DNA of 55,694 nt. Origin: Hydrurus foetidus (lineage: Eukaryota). The notes below the pieces were generated by a model that saw nothing but the letters and a program-made list of their open reading frames with translations, was not told where the DNA came from and made no database searches. The stretch's first letter is position 1; every line of letters starts with the position of its first letter. This document shows positions 29,917-39,747 of the stretch, one piece after another. A program made the translations under genes and the position numbers. The stretch is from positions 558,001 through 613,694 of the forward strand of contig UYFQ01000005.1 of NCBI GenBank assembly GCA_900617105.1. Direction: 5' to 3'.

Positions 29917-31688
29917 TAAAACTCCGTTGCAAGTTGATTAAGCAGGTTAAGGAATGCGCGAACGCACAAATCTGTGTCATTGTTGGTGATCGATTCGAGT
30001 GGGTTGTGGCTAATGCCTGCGTTCAAGCCACGCATGAAAATCATCGCCTGAGGCATGATTTCATGTATCTTCATTGCGTCGTGTCCAGCACCGCTGGGCA
30101 TCTGGAAGACAGGCAGGCCCAGGGCCTGAACCGCCGCTTCCCAGCGCCTTTGCCAATCCGGGGCGCTGGGTGCGGCGGCTGCGCGCATGGTCTCATCGAG
30201 CTCGTAAGTCAGGCCCCGCCTTTCGCAGATTCGAGCCAACTCGCTCTGAATGTCGGTGGCGCACGCGTCGCGCAGGCCGTTGGTCGTGGCTCGAATGTCG
30301 AGACTGAAATTGCAGCGTCCAGGAATCACATTGGTGGAGCCGTGGGGCACTTCGAGCATGCCGACAGTGGCAACGAGATCAGGAGCTGCTGCCCCACGTT
30401 TTTCGACATACAGCGTCAGCTCAGCTGCTGCCGCCGCCGCATCACGACGACGATCCATGGGGGTGGTTCCTGCGTGGCTGGCCACACCGCGTATTGATCC
30501 GGCGAATCGAACGCTTCCGTTGATGGACGTCACCACGCCCAATGGCAGATCCAGTTCGTTGAGAACCGGGCCTTGTTCAATATGCACCTCGACAAATCCA
30601 AGGTACCTGCCCGGGTCGCGTTTAAGTCTGGAAATGTCATCAGGACACAGGCCTGCGTGCCGCATGGCGTCACGCATGGAGATGCCGTCAGCATCTTTCT
30701 GGTCAAACCAGGCATTGTTGAACGTGCCTGTCAGCGCGCTGGAGCCCAGGAAAACGGCCTTGTAGCGCTGCCCTTCCTCTTCAGAGAATCCAACGACCTC
30801 AAACCCGTAGGGAAGCCGGCGCCGCTGACGATGCAGTTCACGTACACAAGCCATGGGAACAAAAATACCCAGTCGACCATCGTACTTGCCGCCGTTTCGC
30901 ACCGTGTCGTAATGCGAGCCGGTCAACAGTCGCTTGGCGCCGGGATCAGTACCGTGATAAACACCCACGACATTGCCCACCGCATCTATTTCCGCGGAGT
31001 CAAAGCCACAGTCAGCCACCATCCAGTGGGCCAGGCGTTGTGCGCATGCCCGGTGCGCATCAGTCAGGTAGGTCACGGTCAGCTCGCCCCGCTCTGAAAA
31101 GCCGGGGTCACTGAGGCTGGACAACTGTTCAGCCCAGTCCCACACATCGTTGCCAAGTGCAGGCACGTGATTGAACTTGTCATCAAGCCTGATTTCAGCG
31201 ATCCGGTGGATATTACGCAGGCATTCTTTGAGTTCGAAATCGGAGTGATTGCTCAGTCGCCTTTCGAAGGTGGCGATGATCTCGGCTTTGCTGAGACCAG
31301 TACCACGCGGGCCGCGTACAGCGAGAATGAATGGAAACAAAAACTTGCTGTTGTAATCGGAATTGAGACGCTGGATATGCGCAAATTCTTCGGGGGTGCA
31401 ATCAGTCAGGCCAGCCTTGCCTTGCTCATTGGTTGATTCTGCGGTCAGGGTCTTGGACACCATGGCTTTCCCAGCCAATTCCGGGTGGGCACGGATCAGA
31501 CCGAGTTGTGCTTCGCGGCCAGCGTCGCGCACCACATCTACCAGTGCGAGTTTGAGTTGCGCCAGACTGTTGAAAGGCCTTTTCGTCCAGGCCTGTTGGG
31601 CGATCCAGGGTGAATGTTCGTATGTGCCATCCAGCAGATTGACAAATTGACTCGCCTCTGCGGCGTTGAGTTCGATCAAGGTGGTCAT
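29916..31688 (-). CDS. Fusion of OHCU decarboxylase (UraD) and an allantoate amidohydrolase-like M20 domain
   Basis: N-terminal YEHSPWIA, IRAHPELAG, FPFILAVRG; C-terminal TGSHYDTVRNGGKYDG, EEEG, EVHIEQG, SGAGHDA, SHNPLE. Confidence 0.88.
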   Translation of the reverse strand: MTTLIELNAAEASQFVNLLDGTYEHSPWIAQQAWTKRPFNSLAQLKLALVDVVRDAGREAQLGLIRAHPELAGKAMVSKTLTAESTNEQGKAGLTDCTPEEFAHIQRLNSDYNSKFLFPFILAVRGPRGTGLSKAEIIATFERRLSNHSDFELKECLRNIHRIAEIRLDDKFNHVPALGNDVWDWAEQLSSLSDPGFSERGELTVTYLTDAHRACAQRLAHWMVADCGFDSAEIDAVGNVVGVYHGTDPGAKRLLTGSHYDTVRNGGKYDGRLGIFVPMACVRELHRQRRRLPYGFEVVGFSEEEGQRYKAVFLGSSALTGTFNNAWFDQKDADGISMRDAMRHAGLCPDDISRLKRDPGRYLGFVEVHIEQGPVLNELDLPLGVVTSINGSVRFAGSIRGVASHAGTTPMDRRRDAAAAAAELTLYVEKRGAAAPDLVATVGMLEVPHGSTNVIPGRCNFSLDIRATTNGLRDACATDIQSELARICERRGLTYELDETMRAAAAPSAPDWQRRWEAAVQALGLPVFQMPSGAGHDAMKIHEIMPQAMIFMRGLNAGISHNPLESITNNDTDLCVRAFLNLLNQLATEF

Positions 31689-32635
31689 TAGGGATTCCAT
31701 GCAAATGCGTTGTCGGAGTGATAAGGGTGTTCAGCTTTCCAATGGCGTGCAATGTCGATGCGCCGCGTCACCCAAACCCTGTCGTGCTGTGCGATGTGGT
31801 CCAGGAAACGTTGGAGACCCCGCAAGCGACCAGGTCGACCTAGCAAGCGGCAATGCATGCCAATACTCATCATTGAGGGCTGGTCTTCGCCTTGTGCGTA
31901 CTGCACGTCAAACGCGTCACGCAGGTATTCAAAAAATTCGTCGCCGCGGGAAAATCCCTGAGGCAGCGCAAAGCGCATGTCGTTGCAATCAAGGGTGTAC
32001 GGGACGACCAGGTGGGGAGCTGCGACACCATCCGACTTCTGCACTGTCATCCAGAAGGGTAAATCGTCACCGTAGTAGTCGCTGTCGTACTCGAAGCCAC
32101 CAAAGTCAGCAACCAGACGGCGGGTATTGATACTGTCCCTTCCGGTGTACCAGCCCAGAGCCCGCTCACCGGTTAGGCGCTGAATGGCGGCAATGCCCTG
32201 CGCCATGTGTGCCCGCTCGGTCGCTTCGTCAATGGACTGGTAGTTTATCCATCGATGACCATGGCAGGCAATCTCGTGGCCTAGTTCAACGAATGCAGCG
32301 GTAACTTCTGGGTTTCGTTCCAGCGCCATGCCAACCCCGAACACGGTCAAAGGCAGGCTGCGTTTTTCGAACTCACGCAGCAGGTTCCAAACGCCAACGC
32401 GCGAGCCATATTCGTAGATGCTCTCCATGCTGAGGTGTCGTGCAGGGAAAGCTGGTGGGTTAAACATCTCAGACAGGAATTGCTCGCTGCCTAGGTCACC
32501 ATGAAGGACTGCGTTCTCACCACCCTCCTCAAAATTGAGAACAAACTGGACCGCTAAACGGGCGCGTCCAGGCCAGTTGGCTTGTGGCGGGTTTCGGCCG
32601 TAGCCCTTAAGGTCGCGGGGATATTTAGATGTCAT
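31688..32635 (-). CDS. puuE: Allantoinase PuuE (polysaccharide-deacetylase fold)
   Basis: YPRDLKGYG, NFEEGGE, ESIYEYGSRVG, GWYTGR, MSIGMHCRLLGRPGR. Confidence 0.92.
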   Translation of the reverse strand: MTSKYPRDLKGYGRNPPQANWPGRARLAVQFVLNFEEGGENAVLHGDLGSEQFLSEMFNPPAFPARHLSMESIYEYGSRVGVWNLLREFEKRSLPLTVFGVGMALERNPEVTAAFVELGHEIACHGHRWINYQSIDEATERAHMAQGIAAIQRLTGERALGWYTGRDSINTRRLVADFGGFEYDSDYYGDDLPFWMTVQKSDGVAAPHLVVPYTLDCNDMRFALPQGFSRGDEFFEYLRDAFDVQYAQGEDQPSMMSIGMHCRLLGRPGRLRGLQRFLDHIAQHDRVWVTRRIDIARHWKAEHPYHSDNAFAWNP

Positions 32636-32640
32636 GGCAT

Positions 32641-33402
32641 TTACACCCGCAGTAACTGTGAAAGGTCAGGGGCAAAGGGATCAAGTCTCAAGGTCGTTTC
32701 CAAGTGGTCAAGGTGTTCAATCGTCAGGCGAACGGCAGTCTTGACGTCCCGCGCTTCAAAAGCATTCACGATCGCCACATGTTCTTCTTGTGATTCGGTG
32801 GCCGACAGGGTGGACTGGTACATCAGGGCGATCAGCGATGAGCGAGTCAACAACTCAGAGAGCATCTTTGTCCGCACGGTGTTACCCATCATCATGGCCA
32901 GAACAACATGAAAGTCCGCCAGGAGTTGGGTCCGACCAGTCACATTGGGGTTGGATAAAGCCTCTTTTTCGGCGCGAAGGTGGGCGCGAAGTTCGGCAAT
33001 CTGTGCATCGGTAATTATTGGGCAGAGCTTGCGGGTCATGTCAGCTTCGAGCACACGCCGAACTTCAAACACTTCACGGGCCTCTTCAACTGAAGGCATA
33101 GCGACAAAAGCGCCGCGGGACGGTTCCAGTACGACCAACTGATCGCGGCTGAGTTGATTGAGTGCCTGTCGAACCAACGTACGAGATACATCAAAGAGAT
33201 CAGCAATAGTTTGCTCAGACAGCTTCGTACCCGGACGAAGTTTTCGCTCAGCAATGGCAGTTGTGATGGAGGTGACGATGCGTTGTGTGCTACTTACAGG
33301 GATCGGAGTTCGCACGCTTACCCCCTTGGTATTGGTACGGCGTGTGGGTCCGCCTGGTTTTGGTGTATCGACCGCCTTCAGTTTTGCGATGTTGGATGCC
33401 AT
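32641..33402 (-). CDS. GntR/FadR-family regulator of the urate cluster
   Basis: LRPGTKLSEQ..FDVSRTLVRQAL wHTH plus FCD domain. Confidence 0.9.
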   Translation of the reverse strand: MASNIAKLKAVDTPKPGGPTRRTNTKGVSVRTPIPVSSTQRIVTSITTAIAERKLRPGTKLSEQTIADLFDVSRTLVRQALNQLSRDQLVVLEPSRGAFVAMPSVEEAREVFEVRRVLEADMTRKLCPIITDAQIAELRAHLRAEKEALSNPNVTGRTQLLADFHVVLAMMMGNTVRTKMLSELLTRSSLIALMYQSTLSATESQEEHVAIVNAFEARDVKTAVRLTIEHLDHLETTLRLDPFAPDLSQLLRV

Positions 33403-33416
33403 GGTGATTTCAGATA

Positions 33417-33452
33417 GATATACAATTAATTTGTGAACATAATTGTATACAC
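33417..33452. promoter_or_regulatory. Probable GntR/FadR operator sites (TGTATACA core)
   Basis: ttgtatacac at 33443-33452 and degenerate gatatacaat at 33417-33426, in the divergent gntR/uraH gap. Confidence 0.6.
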
Positions 33453-33563
33453 TTTATGCAAGATATAAACAGAAAGACTTGTACCCGCGTGCGGCGGGCT
33501 GCACAAGCATCATCCTGGATGCACTCTTCCTAAATCCATGTCTTTTTCAAAGGAGAATTTTCA

Positions 33564-33920
33564 ATGGGAAATTTAAGTACACACGTTCTCGACACCATGA
33601 ACGGTTGCCCTGCCGCCGGTATGGCTGTCAAGCTTCAGCGCAGAAATGGAACCGACCTCGAGACGATTGCGGATTTCGTACTAAATGCCGATGGTCGCAA
33701 TGACGGAGGAGCGTTGCTGGATGCGAAATCTATGGCGGTGGGGGGCTATCGACTGGTGTTTTCAGTGGCGCCATATTTCAAGGCGCGAGGAATTGATCTG
33801 CCAGACCCACCCTTCATCGATGACGTGTTGCTGGATTTCGGGATCTCCAACTCTGACGATCGCTATCACGTTCCTCTTCTCGTGAGTCCCTGGGCATACT
33901 CCACGTACCGCGGCTCCTAG
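33564..33920 (+). CDS. uraH: 5-hydroxyisourate hydrolase (transthyretin-like)
   Basis: LSTHVLDT, YHVPLL, C-terminal YRGS. Confidence 0.95.
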   Translation: MGNLSTHVLDTMNGCPAAGMAVKLQRRNGTDLETIADFVLNADGRNDGGALLDAKSMAVGGYRLVFSVAPYFKARGIDLPDPPFIDDVLLDFGISNSDDRYHVPLLVSPWAYSTYRGS

Positions 33921-33985
33921 CAACGAACTAAACTGACATTTCTATAGAATTTCAGGGTATTCCCCAGGCTATATTGTTCATCGGT

Positions 33986-33995
33986 GTGTATACAA
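33986..33995. promoter_or_regulatory. Second GntR/FadR-type operator, upstream of puuD
   Basis: gtgtatacaa, the exact reverse complement of the 33443 site. Confidence 0.6.
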
Positions 33996-34137
33996 TTTTC
34001 CTGTCGCCGCGGAGCACGATTGCACCGGTCCTAACAAACCACCAGCAGTCGGTCGCGACATTCACGCCTTACAGTGCCCGCTGTGGTGAGGTGCAAGGGC
34101 AGCAAGATTTGCTGCCCTTCACCTATGTGAGTTCTAA

Positions 34138-35343
34138 ATGGAAGCCTACTTGCTCGAAGTGGCCAACTTGCTTTTGCGTTGGGTCCACGTCATCACTGCC
34201 ATTGCCTGGATTGGCTCGTCGTTCTACTTTGTCTTTCTCGACAACAGCCTGACCAGGCCGGAGTCTCCGGACTTGGTTAAGAAGGGTGTCGACGGTGAAC
34301 TGTGGGCCGTGCATGGTGGTGGTTTCTACCACCCACAGAAATACCTGGTCGCGCCTAAACAGATGCCCGAACATCTGCACTGGTTCTACTGGGAGAGTTA
34401 CTCCACATGGTTATCAGGGTTTGCCTTGTTCACGGTGTTGTATCTGTTCAACGCAGGCACCTTTTTGGTAGACAAGAGCGTCTATGACTGGGCTCCTAGC
34501 ATTGCCATTGCTGCCGCTCTGACTTTCCTGTTGGTCTGCTGGTTCGTCTATGACTCGATATGCCGAGCGTTTGGCCGAAAGAAGAATGGTGACCTCATCG
34601 TTGGTCTCACCCTGTTTGTGTTCGTGGTCTTTGCATCCTGGTTGGCCTGCCATCTCTTCTCCGGCCGGGCCGCGTTTCTTTTGGTGGGTGCGATGCTTGC
34701 CACGTCCATGAGTGCCAACGTGTTTGTCTGGATCATTCCAGGTCAGCGAAAGGTCGTGGCCCAACTTAAGGCTGGTCAACCCATTGATCCCATCTATGGA
34801 TGGCGTGCCAAGCAGCGCAGTGTGCACAACACTTATTTCACACTGCCCGTCCTCATTGCCATGTTGTCCAATCACTATGGCTGGTTGTATCAGCGTCCGC
34901 ACAACTGGTTGGTGCTGATTCTGATGATGCTCGCCGGAGCTCTGATTCGTCACAGCTTTGTCGCCCGTCACAAGGCACTTGCCCAAGGAAAGCGGGTGCC
35001 ATGGGAGTACGCCACCATCGGAACGCTGGTCATTGCAGGTATCACCGTATGGTTGGCCCCTTCCCCACTGTCGGCTGAACAGAAACGGGCTCAAGCAGCG
35101 CCAGTTACCTTTAGTCAGGTCGATGCTGTCATTCAGCAGCGATGCGTGATGTGCCACAACGCTGAGGTGCAGAACAAGGGCATTGCATTGCACACATCCG
35201 AACTTATTAAAGAGCATGCTCAGGCGGTCTATCAACAGGCGGCGGTTCTCAAGCTGATGCCCATGAACAATGCCACTCAGATCACTGAAGACGAGCGCGC
35301 CATGATCAAGCGTTGGTTCGAGTCTGGCATGCCATCGAACTGA
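34138..35343 (+). CDS. puuD: Membrane urate hydroxylase PuuD with a C-terminal cytochrome c domain
   Basis: LRWVHVITAIAWIGSSFYF, WAVHGGGFY, RSVHNTY, CVMCH heme motif. Confidence 0.88.
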   Translation: MEAYLLEVANLLLRWVHVITAIAWIGSSFYFVFLDNSLTRPESPDLVKKGVDGELWAVHGGGFYHPQKYLVAPKQMPEHLHWFYWESYSTWLSGFALFTVLYLFNAGTFLVDKSVYDWAPSIAIAAALTFLLVCWFVYDSICRAFGRKKNGDLIVGLTLFVFVVFASWLACHLFSGRAAFLLVGAMLATSMSANVFVWIIPGQRKVVAQLKAGQPIDPIYGWRAKQRSVHNTYFTLPVLIAMLSNHYGWLYQRPHNWLVLILMMLAGALIRHSFVARHKALAQGKRVPWEYATIGTLVIAGITVWLAPSPLSAEQKRAQAAPVTFSQVDAVIQQRCVMCHNAEVQNKGIALHTSELIKEHAQAVYQQAAVLKLMPMNNATQITEDERAMIKRWFESGMPSN

Positions 35344-35392
35344 CCCATCCAATCCCGAACCCATGTTCTTACAATTTTTATAGGAGACATCC

Positions 35393-36865
35393 ATGAGCAC
35401 AACAACTGTCCACCCCGTGGACGAGGTACTGCCAGTCGGAAAGCTGGGCGTGCTGGGCCTACAACACGTCCTGGTCATGTACGCAGGGGCGATTGCGGTT
35501 CCGCTGATCGTCGGTCGTGCGCTTAATCTAAGCCCCGAACAAGTTGCCATGTTGATTTCGGCTGATCTTTTTGTCTGCGGCATCGTCTCACTCATTCAGT
35601 CGTTCGGCATGACCAAATTATTTGGCATCAAATTGCCGGTGATGATGGGGGTGACCTTCGCCGCGGTAGGGCCGATGGTAGCCATGGCTAACGCGAACCC
35701 AGGTACTGACGGCGCGCGGATGATTTTCGGCGCCATCATCGGTGCAGGCGTCATCGCGATGTTGATGGCCCCAGTAATGGGGCGGCTGCTTCGCTTTTTT
35801 CCGCCTGTCGTCACAGGCACCATCATTGCCATCATCGGCATCAGCCTGATGCGCGTCGGGGTGAGCTGGGCCTTAGGTGGCCCGGCATTCCTAGCTCAGC
35901 GTACCGATGTACCCAAATTGGTAGCGATGGTCGATGCAGCAAAAGAGACGGCTATTGCCAAGGGATCTGCGATCAGTCTGGGTAAGATCCCCCTGATTGA
36001 CAACCCGAGCTACGGTGCGCTGGATAACTTGGCCATTGCCGGATTTGTGCTGCTGGTTGTGCTGCTCCTGGTCAAATACGGGCGTGGCTTCTTCGCCAAC
36101 ATTGCGGTGTTGCTCGGCATCGTTGCCGGCTGTGCTGTGTCTGCTGCTGCCGGCAAGATGGGATTTGAAAAAGTTGCCAAAGCACATTGGTTTGATGTGG
36201 TCACCCCGTTTTCATTTGGCATGCCAATCTTTGAACCGGTCGCCATTTTGACCATGACATTGGTGATGATTGTGGTGATGATCGAGTCAACGGGCATGTT
36301 CCTTGCCCTGTCGGATATCACCGGTAAGAAAATCAGCCAGAGCGAATTGACAGCAGGTTTGCGAACCGATGGCCTCGGCACACTCATTGGAGGCATCTTC
36401 AATACCTTTCCCTACACCAGCTTCTCCCAAAATGTGGGCTTGGTTGGCGTCACTGGTGTTCGCAGCCGCTTCGTCTGCGTGGCCGGCGGCATCATCATGA
36501 TTATTTTGGGTTTGTTACCTAAATTGGCTGCGTTGGTCGAATCGGTACCTCAGTTTGTGCTCGGTGGTGCAGGTCTGGTGATGTTCGGTATGGTCGCTGC
36601 TACCGGTATCCGAATCCTCACGGCAGTCGACTTTAAGAAAAACAAGTTCAATCTGTACATTGTTGCCATTGCCATCGGCGCAGGACTGATTCCACTGGTT
36701 GCGCCTCAATGGACCCAACAGATGCCGCACAGCCTGCACCCCCTGCTGGAATCCGGAATTCTTCTGACTTCTCTCACCGCCGTGGTGCTGAACTTCTTCT
36801 TCAACGGCAGCACGGGCGATCAGGCTGGAACTATTGAAGCGGCCAAGGCTGCTGAAGCGCACTAA
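35393..36865 (+). CDS. NCS2 nucleobase:cation symporter (urate/xanthine permease)
   Basis: GLQHVLVMYAGA, PPVVTG, FSQNVGLVGVTG signature. Confidence 0.92.
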   Translation: MSTTTVHPVDEVLPVGKLGVLGLQHVLVMYAGAIAVPLIVGRALNLSPEQVAMLISADLFVCGIVSLIQSFGMTKLFGIKLPVMMGVTFAAVGPMVAMANANPGTDGARMIFGAIIGAGVIAMLMAPVMGRLLRFFPPVVTGTIIAIIGISLMRVGVSWALGGPAFLAQRTDVPKLVAMVDAAKETAIAKGSAISLGKIPLIDNPSYGALDNLAIAGFVLLVVLLLVKYGRGFFANIAVLLGIVAGCAVSAAAGKMGFEKVAKAHWFDVVTPFSFGMPIFEPVAILTMTLVMIVVMIESTGMFLALSDITGKKISQSELTAGLRTDGLGTLIGGIFNTFPYTSFSQNVGLVGVTGVRSRFVCVAGGIIMIILGLLPKLAALVESVPQFVLGGAGLVMFGMVAATGIRILTAVDFKKNKFNLYIVAIAIGAGLIPLVAPQWTQQMPHSLHPLLESGILLTSLTAVVLNFFFNGSTGDQAGTIEAAKAAEAH

Positions 36866-36990
36866 GGCTCACTTAGACCTTCCAGAAAGGGTGGGGCAGA
36901 CCCGTTGAAAAAATTTGTTTAACAGACGTCCCGTTGCTTCCTTGTTTGAGAACATGAGCGACCGGGACGTTGCCATTTGGGTGTGCCGCT

Positions 36991-37400
36991 ATGACCAACT
37001 CCAAACACACTGGCACCGAAGCTGAGGTTCGTCAGGACCCCGCCGCGGCCTATCGCCTCGCCTCCCTTGCGGGCTGGGACGATACGATCTACGCCCATCT
37101 GTCTGCCACGGTTCCGGGCGAGAAGGGACACTACCTCATCAATGAGTTTGACCTGAGCTTCGACGAAGTCACCACCAACAACCTGGTCAAGGTGAACGTG
37201 AAGGGCGAGCTTGTCGATGGGTGAGGCGCAGAGTCAACCCTACCGGGTTCGCTATTCTTGGGGCGTTGCATGGCGCAAGGCCTGCAGCCGACTTCGGAAT
37301 GGGCCATGCGACTTTATGGACGGCTGGATCAGCATGCCTTTGACGGACTCGCTCTGGAAGTTGCCGAACAGGTGTGTCTGGCCACCAACCTGGGCGGGCT
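36991..37400 (+). pseudogene. Class II aldolase/adducin-family pseudogene
   Basis: AAAYRL..GWDDTIYAHLS...FDEVT..NLVKV, then frameshifts to VNPTGFAI and GLQPTSEW; internal deletion. Confidence 0.7.
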
Positions 37401-37514
37401 CAGCGAACCTACCAGCAATGGGTGGGCGATGGCACTTCTTGGGATGGCGATGATGAATGGCCCGCACTGCTCCGTCGTGCACAGAGACTTTCACCGGGAT
37501 TCCGGGACTAAACC

Positions 37515-38924
37515 CATCTCGTTATACACAACTCTCCCGAGCCTAAGGTATGCTGCGAATTTAATAGCATGAAACACAAGTGAACTGGGCAAAAAGGGAG
37601 TTTGAGACGATGGATTTGGGCGACAAGAGGCGCAACAAACGTGCAATCAAGATGATGGAAGGCTTCAGCGCGATGCCCACCGGTAGCATCCCCCAAGCCT
37701 GCGGGGACTGGGCCGACACCTTAGGGGCGTACCGCTTCTTCGACAACGATGCCTTCGAATGGACTGACATCTTGGAGCCCCACGTCCAAAGCAGCATGAC
37801 CCGTATGGCGGCGCACCCCGTCGTGCTGTGCATCCAAGACACCACCGAACTCGACTTCAACGGCCAACAAGCTGCGGGACTGGGACCCCTGAGCTACGCC
37901 CCACAGCGCGGCATGTACCTGCACCCCACCTACGCCATTTCTACCACCCGCGAACCGCTGGGCGTGCTGGACGCATGGATGTGGGCACGCAAGGCAAAAA
38001 ATGCTGACGGCACACGCCCCGGAGTCAGCGAGAGTTTGCGCTGGACAGAAGGCTACGAACGCCTGGCCGAGATAGCCCCGCTGCTGCCCCTTACCCGACT
38101 GGTGTACTTGGCAGACCGCGAGGCCGACATCATGGAGTTAATGGTGCGTGCCCGCGAACTCCAAACCCCGGTGGACTGGCTGGTGCGCTCCAAACACAAC
38201 CGCGCACTGGGGGCGGGAGCCAAACTGTGGCCCCAAGTAACGGCCACCCAAGCCCTGGGCACGATCCGTTTCACCATGCCTGCGCGACAGGGCAAAGCCA
38301 CCCGCGAGGTAGAGCAACAGGTGTGGGCTAAAACCGTGCAACTGCGCGACGGCAAAGGCGGCTTTGTCACAGCCAGCTGCATCGTGGCACGCGAGATGAC
38401 ACCACCAGCGGGACAGACGGCCATCGAATGGCGACTGCTGACCAACCGGGACGTGGCCACACTGGCACAGGCCACCGAGATGATCGACTGGTACCGCGCC
38501 CGCTGGGAGATAGAGATGTTCTTCCATGTCCTCAAGAACGGTTGCCACGTGGAGGCATTGCAGCTGGGCGACATTGACAGGATCGAGCGTGCGGTGGTGA
38601 TGTACATGATCGTCGCGTGGCGTATTGCGCGGCTGATGCGACTGGGGCGCAGTTGCCCGGAAATGGATGCGGCACTCATGTTTGAGGCGGATGAATGGAA
38701 GGCCGCCTACATCCTGAACAAAGAAAAGATACCGGACAAGCCGCCCACCCTGAATGAAGTGGTTCGACTGGTCGCTCGTCTGGGTGGTTTCTTGGCACGC
38801 AAAGGGGATGGGGAGCCGGGTGTCAAAACCATCTGGCTGGGTATGCAGCGCATCATTGACTTCGCTGCTGGGATCAGGTTCTCACGGGAGCTTCTGGCTC
38901 AGGGGATTTGTGTATAACGAGATG
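37515..38924 (+). mobile_element. Intact IS4-family (IS50/Tn5-like) insertion sequence, 1410 bp
   Basis: Perfect 17-bp IRs catctcgttatacacaa (37515-37531) and ttgtgtataacgagatg (38908-38924); no target duplication seen. Confidence 0.92.
37580..38917 (+). CDS. IS4-family (Tn5-type) transposase
   Basis: LGDKRRNKR, IQDTT, ADREAD, YRARWEIEMFFHVLK (YREK motif), LGGFLARKGDGEPG. Confidence 0.95.
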   Translation: MNWAKREFETMDLGDKRRNKRAIKMMEGFSAMPTGSIPQACGDWADTLGAYRFFDNDAFEWTDILEPHVQSSMTRMAAHPVVLCIQDTTELDFNGQQAAGLGPLSYAPQRGMYLHPTYAISTTREPLGVLDAWMWARKAKNADGTRPGVSESLRWTEGYERLAEIAPLLPLTRLVYLADREADIMELMVRARELQTPVDWLVRSKHNRALGAGAKLWPQVTATQALGTIRFTMPARQGKATREVEQQVWAKTVQLRDGKGGFVTASCIVAREMTPPAGQTAIEWRLLTNRDVATLAQATEMIDWYRARWEIEMFFHVLKNGCHVEALQLGDIDRIERAVVMYMIVAWRIARLMRLGRSCPEMDAALMFEADEWKAAYILNKEKIPDKPPTLNEVVRLVARLGGFLARKGDGEPGVKTIWLGMQRIIDFAAGIRFSRELLAQGICV

Positions 38925-38969
38925 CCCAAAAGGTTTAACATTTAAATTATCGTGAAATTAATTGATAGT

Positions 38970-39000
38970 AAAAAGGGAACTCGTTGAGTTCCCTTTTTTT
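38970..39000. terminator. Bidirectional intrinsic terminator
   Basis: aaaagggaactc-gtt-gagttccctttt with A and T tracts. Confidence 0.75.
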
Positions 39001-39006
39001 CGTCTA

Positions 39007-39106
39007 TAAAAAAACAAACCCCATTTTTTAAGTGGGGCTTGATTTTTTTAGATAACCTGTTTTAATGAATAGTGACTAAACCAAAACAAAAATAAGGAAC
39101 TCTATG
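39007..39106 (-). ncRNA. Putative counter-transcribed antisense RNA against the rep leader/RBS
   Basis: Minus-strand TTGACA (39141-39136), 17-nt spacer, TATATT (39118-39113); hairpin plus U-tract at 39040-39007. Confidence 0.5.
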
Positions 39107-39667
39107 TCATTAAATATAAATAATAAATCCAGTCTTGTCAATAACACAAACGAAGAATTTAATTATTTTTCATTAAATAAAAAAGTATTCAACAAACTTA
39201 TAATGATACCAAGACCAAAAAATACTTTATTTCAAATAATGGTTCACCTTGCTTGCAAGGTCACTTATAAAAATGGTCTTGTTGGTGTTCATAGTGAAAT
39301 CCATAAAACAGGTTTGGCAAAAGAACTAGGTATAAATGACGGCCATATAACCAGATACCTAAAACAACTTGAAGAATTGAACTTCATTAAGATATTCAAC
39401 ACCACCCCCCTTATCTTGCAGGTTTTAGAGGTTCCACAAGCACCCATATTTAACGATATTAAAGCCGTATTACTTTACATTCATATAAATCCACAGCAAT
39501 TTAATTTTCATAAAAATATGAAGAGAAAAACAGAATTCTTTGAAACTTTCAAAGAATACAATTCTCAAGTTCTGGTAGAAAAAATTAAAAGATCTATAGT
39601 TCCAGACAATCACCCAAGCAATCCAACACCAGAAGAATTAAATGATATTTTTGGCTTTAATGACTAA
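39104..39667 (+). CDS. Winged-HTH protein, putative RepL-like replication initiator
   Basis: RBS AAGGAA; LAKELGINDGHITRYLKQLEELNFIK HTH; followed by a terminator and direct repeats. Confidence 0.6.
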   Translation: MSLNINNKSSLVNNTNEEFNYFSLNKKVFNKLIMIPRPKNTLFQIMVHLACKVTYKNGLVGVHSEIHKTGLAKELGINDGHITRYLKQLEELNFIKIFNTTPLILQVLEVPQAPIFNDIKAVLLYIHINPQQFNFHKNMKRKTEFFETFKEYNSQVLVEKIKRSIVPDNHPSNPTPEELNDIFGFND

Positions 39668-39687
39668 TCCCCGAAAGGGGATTTTTT
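39666..39687 (+). terminator. Intrinsic terminator after the rep-like gene
   Basis: aatcccc-GAAA-ggggatt followed by a T-tract. Confidence 0.8.
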
Positions 39688-39747
39688 ACGACCCAATAGA
39701 AGTAAAGCAATCACAAGTCAAGCTTAGAAAAAACTCACCCAACCCCT

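Noticed and set aside
34414..35595. 393-aa minus-strand ORF, and similar long shadow ORFs at 8906-10045, 13017-13826, 22817-23584 and 43700-44488
   Set aside because: They are antisense to well-supported genes, lack motifs, and are expected in GC-rich DNA
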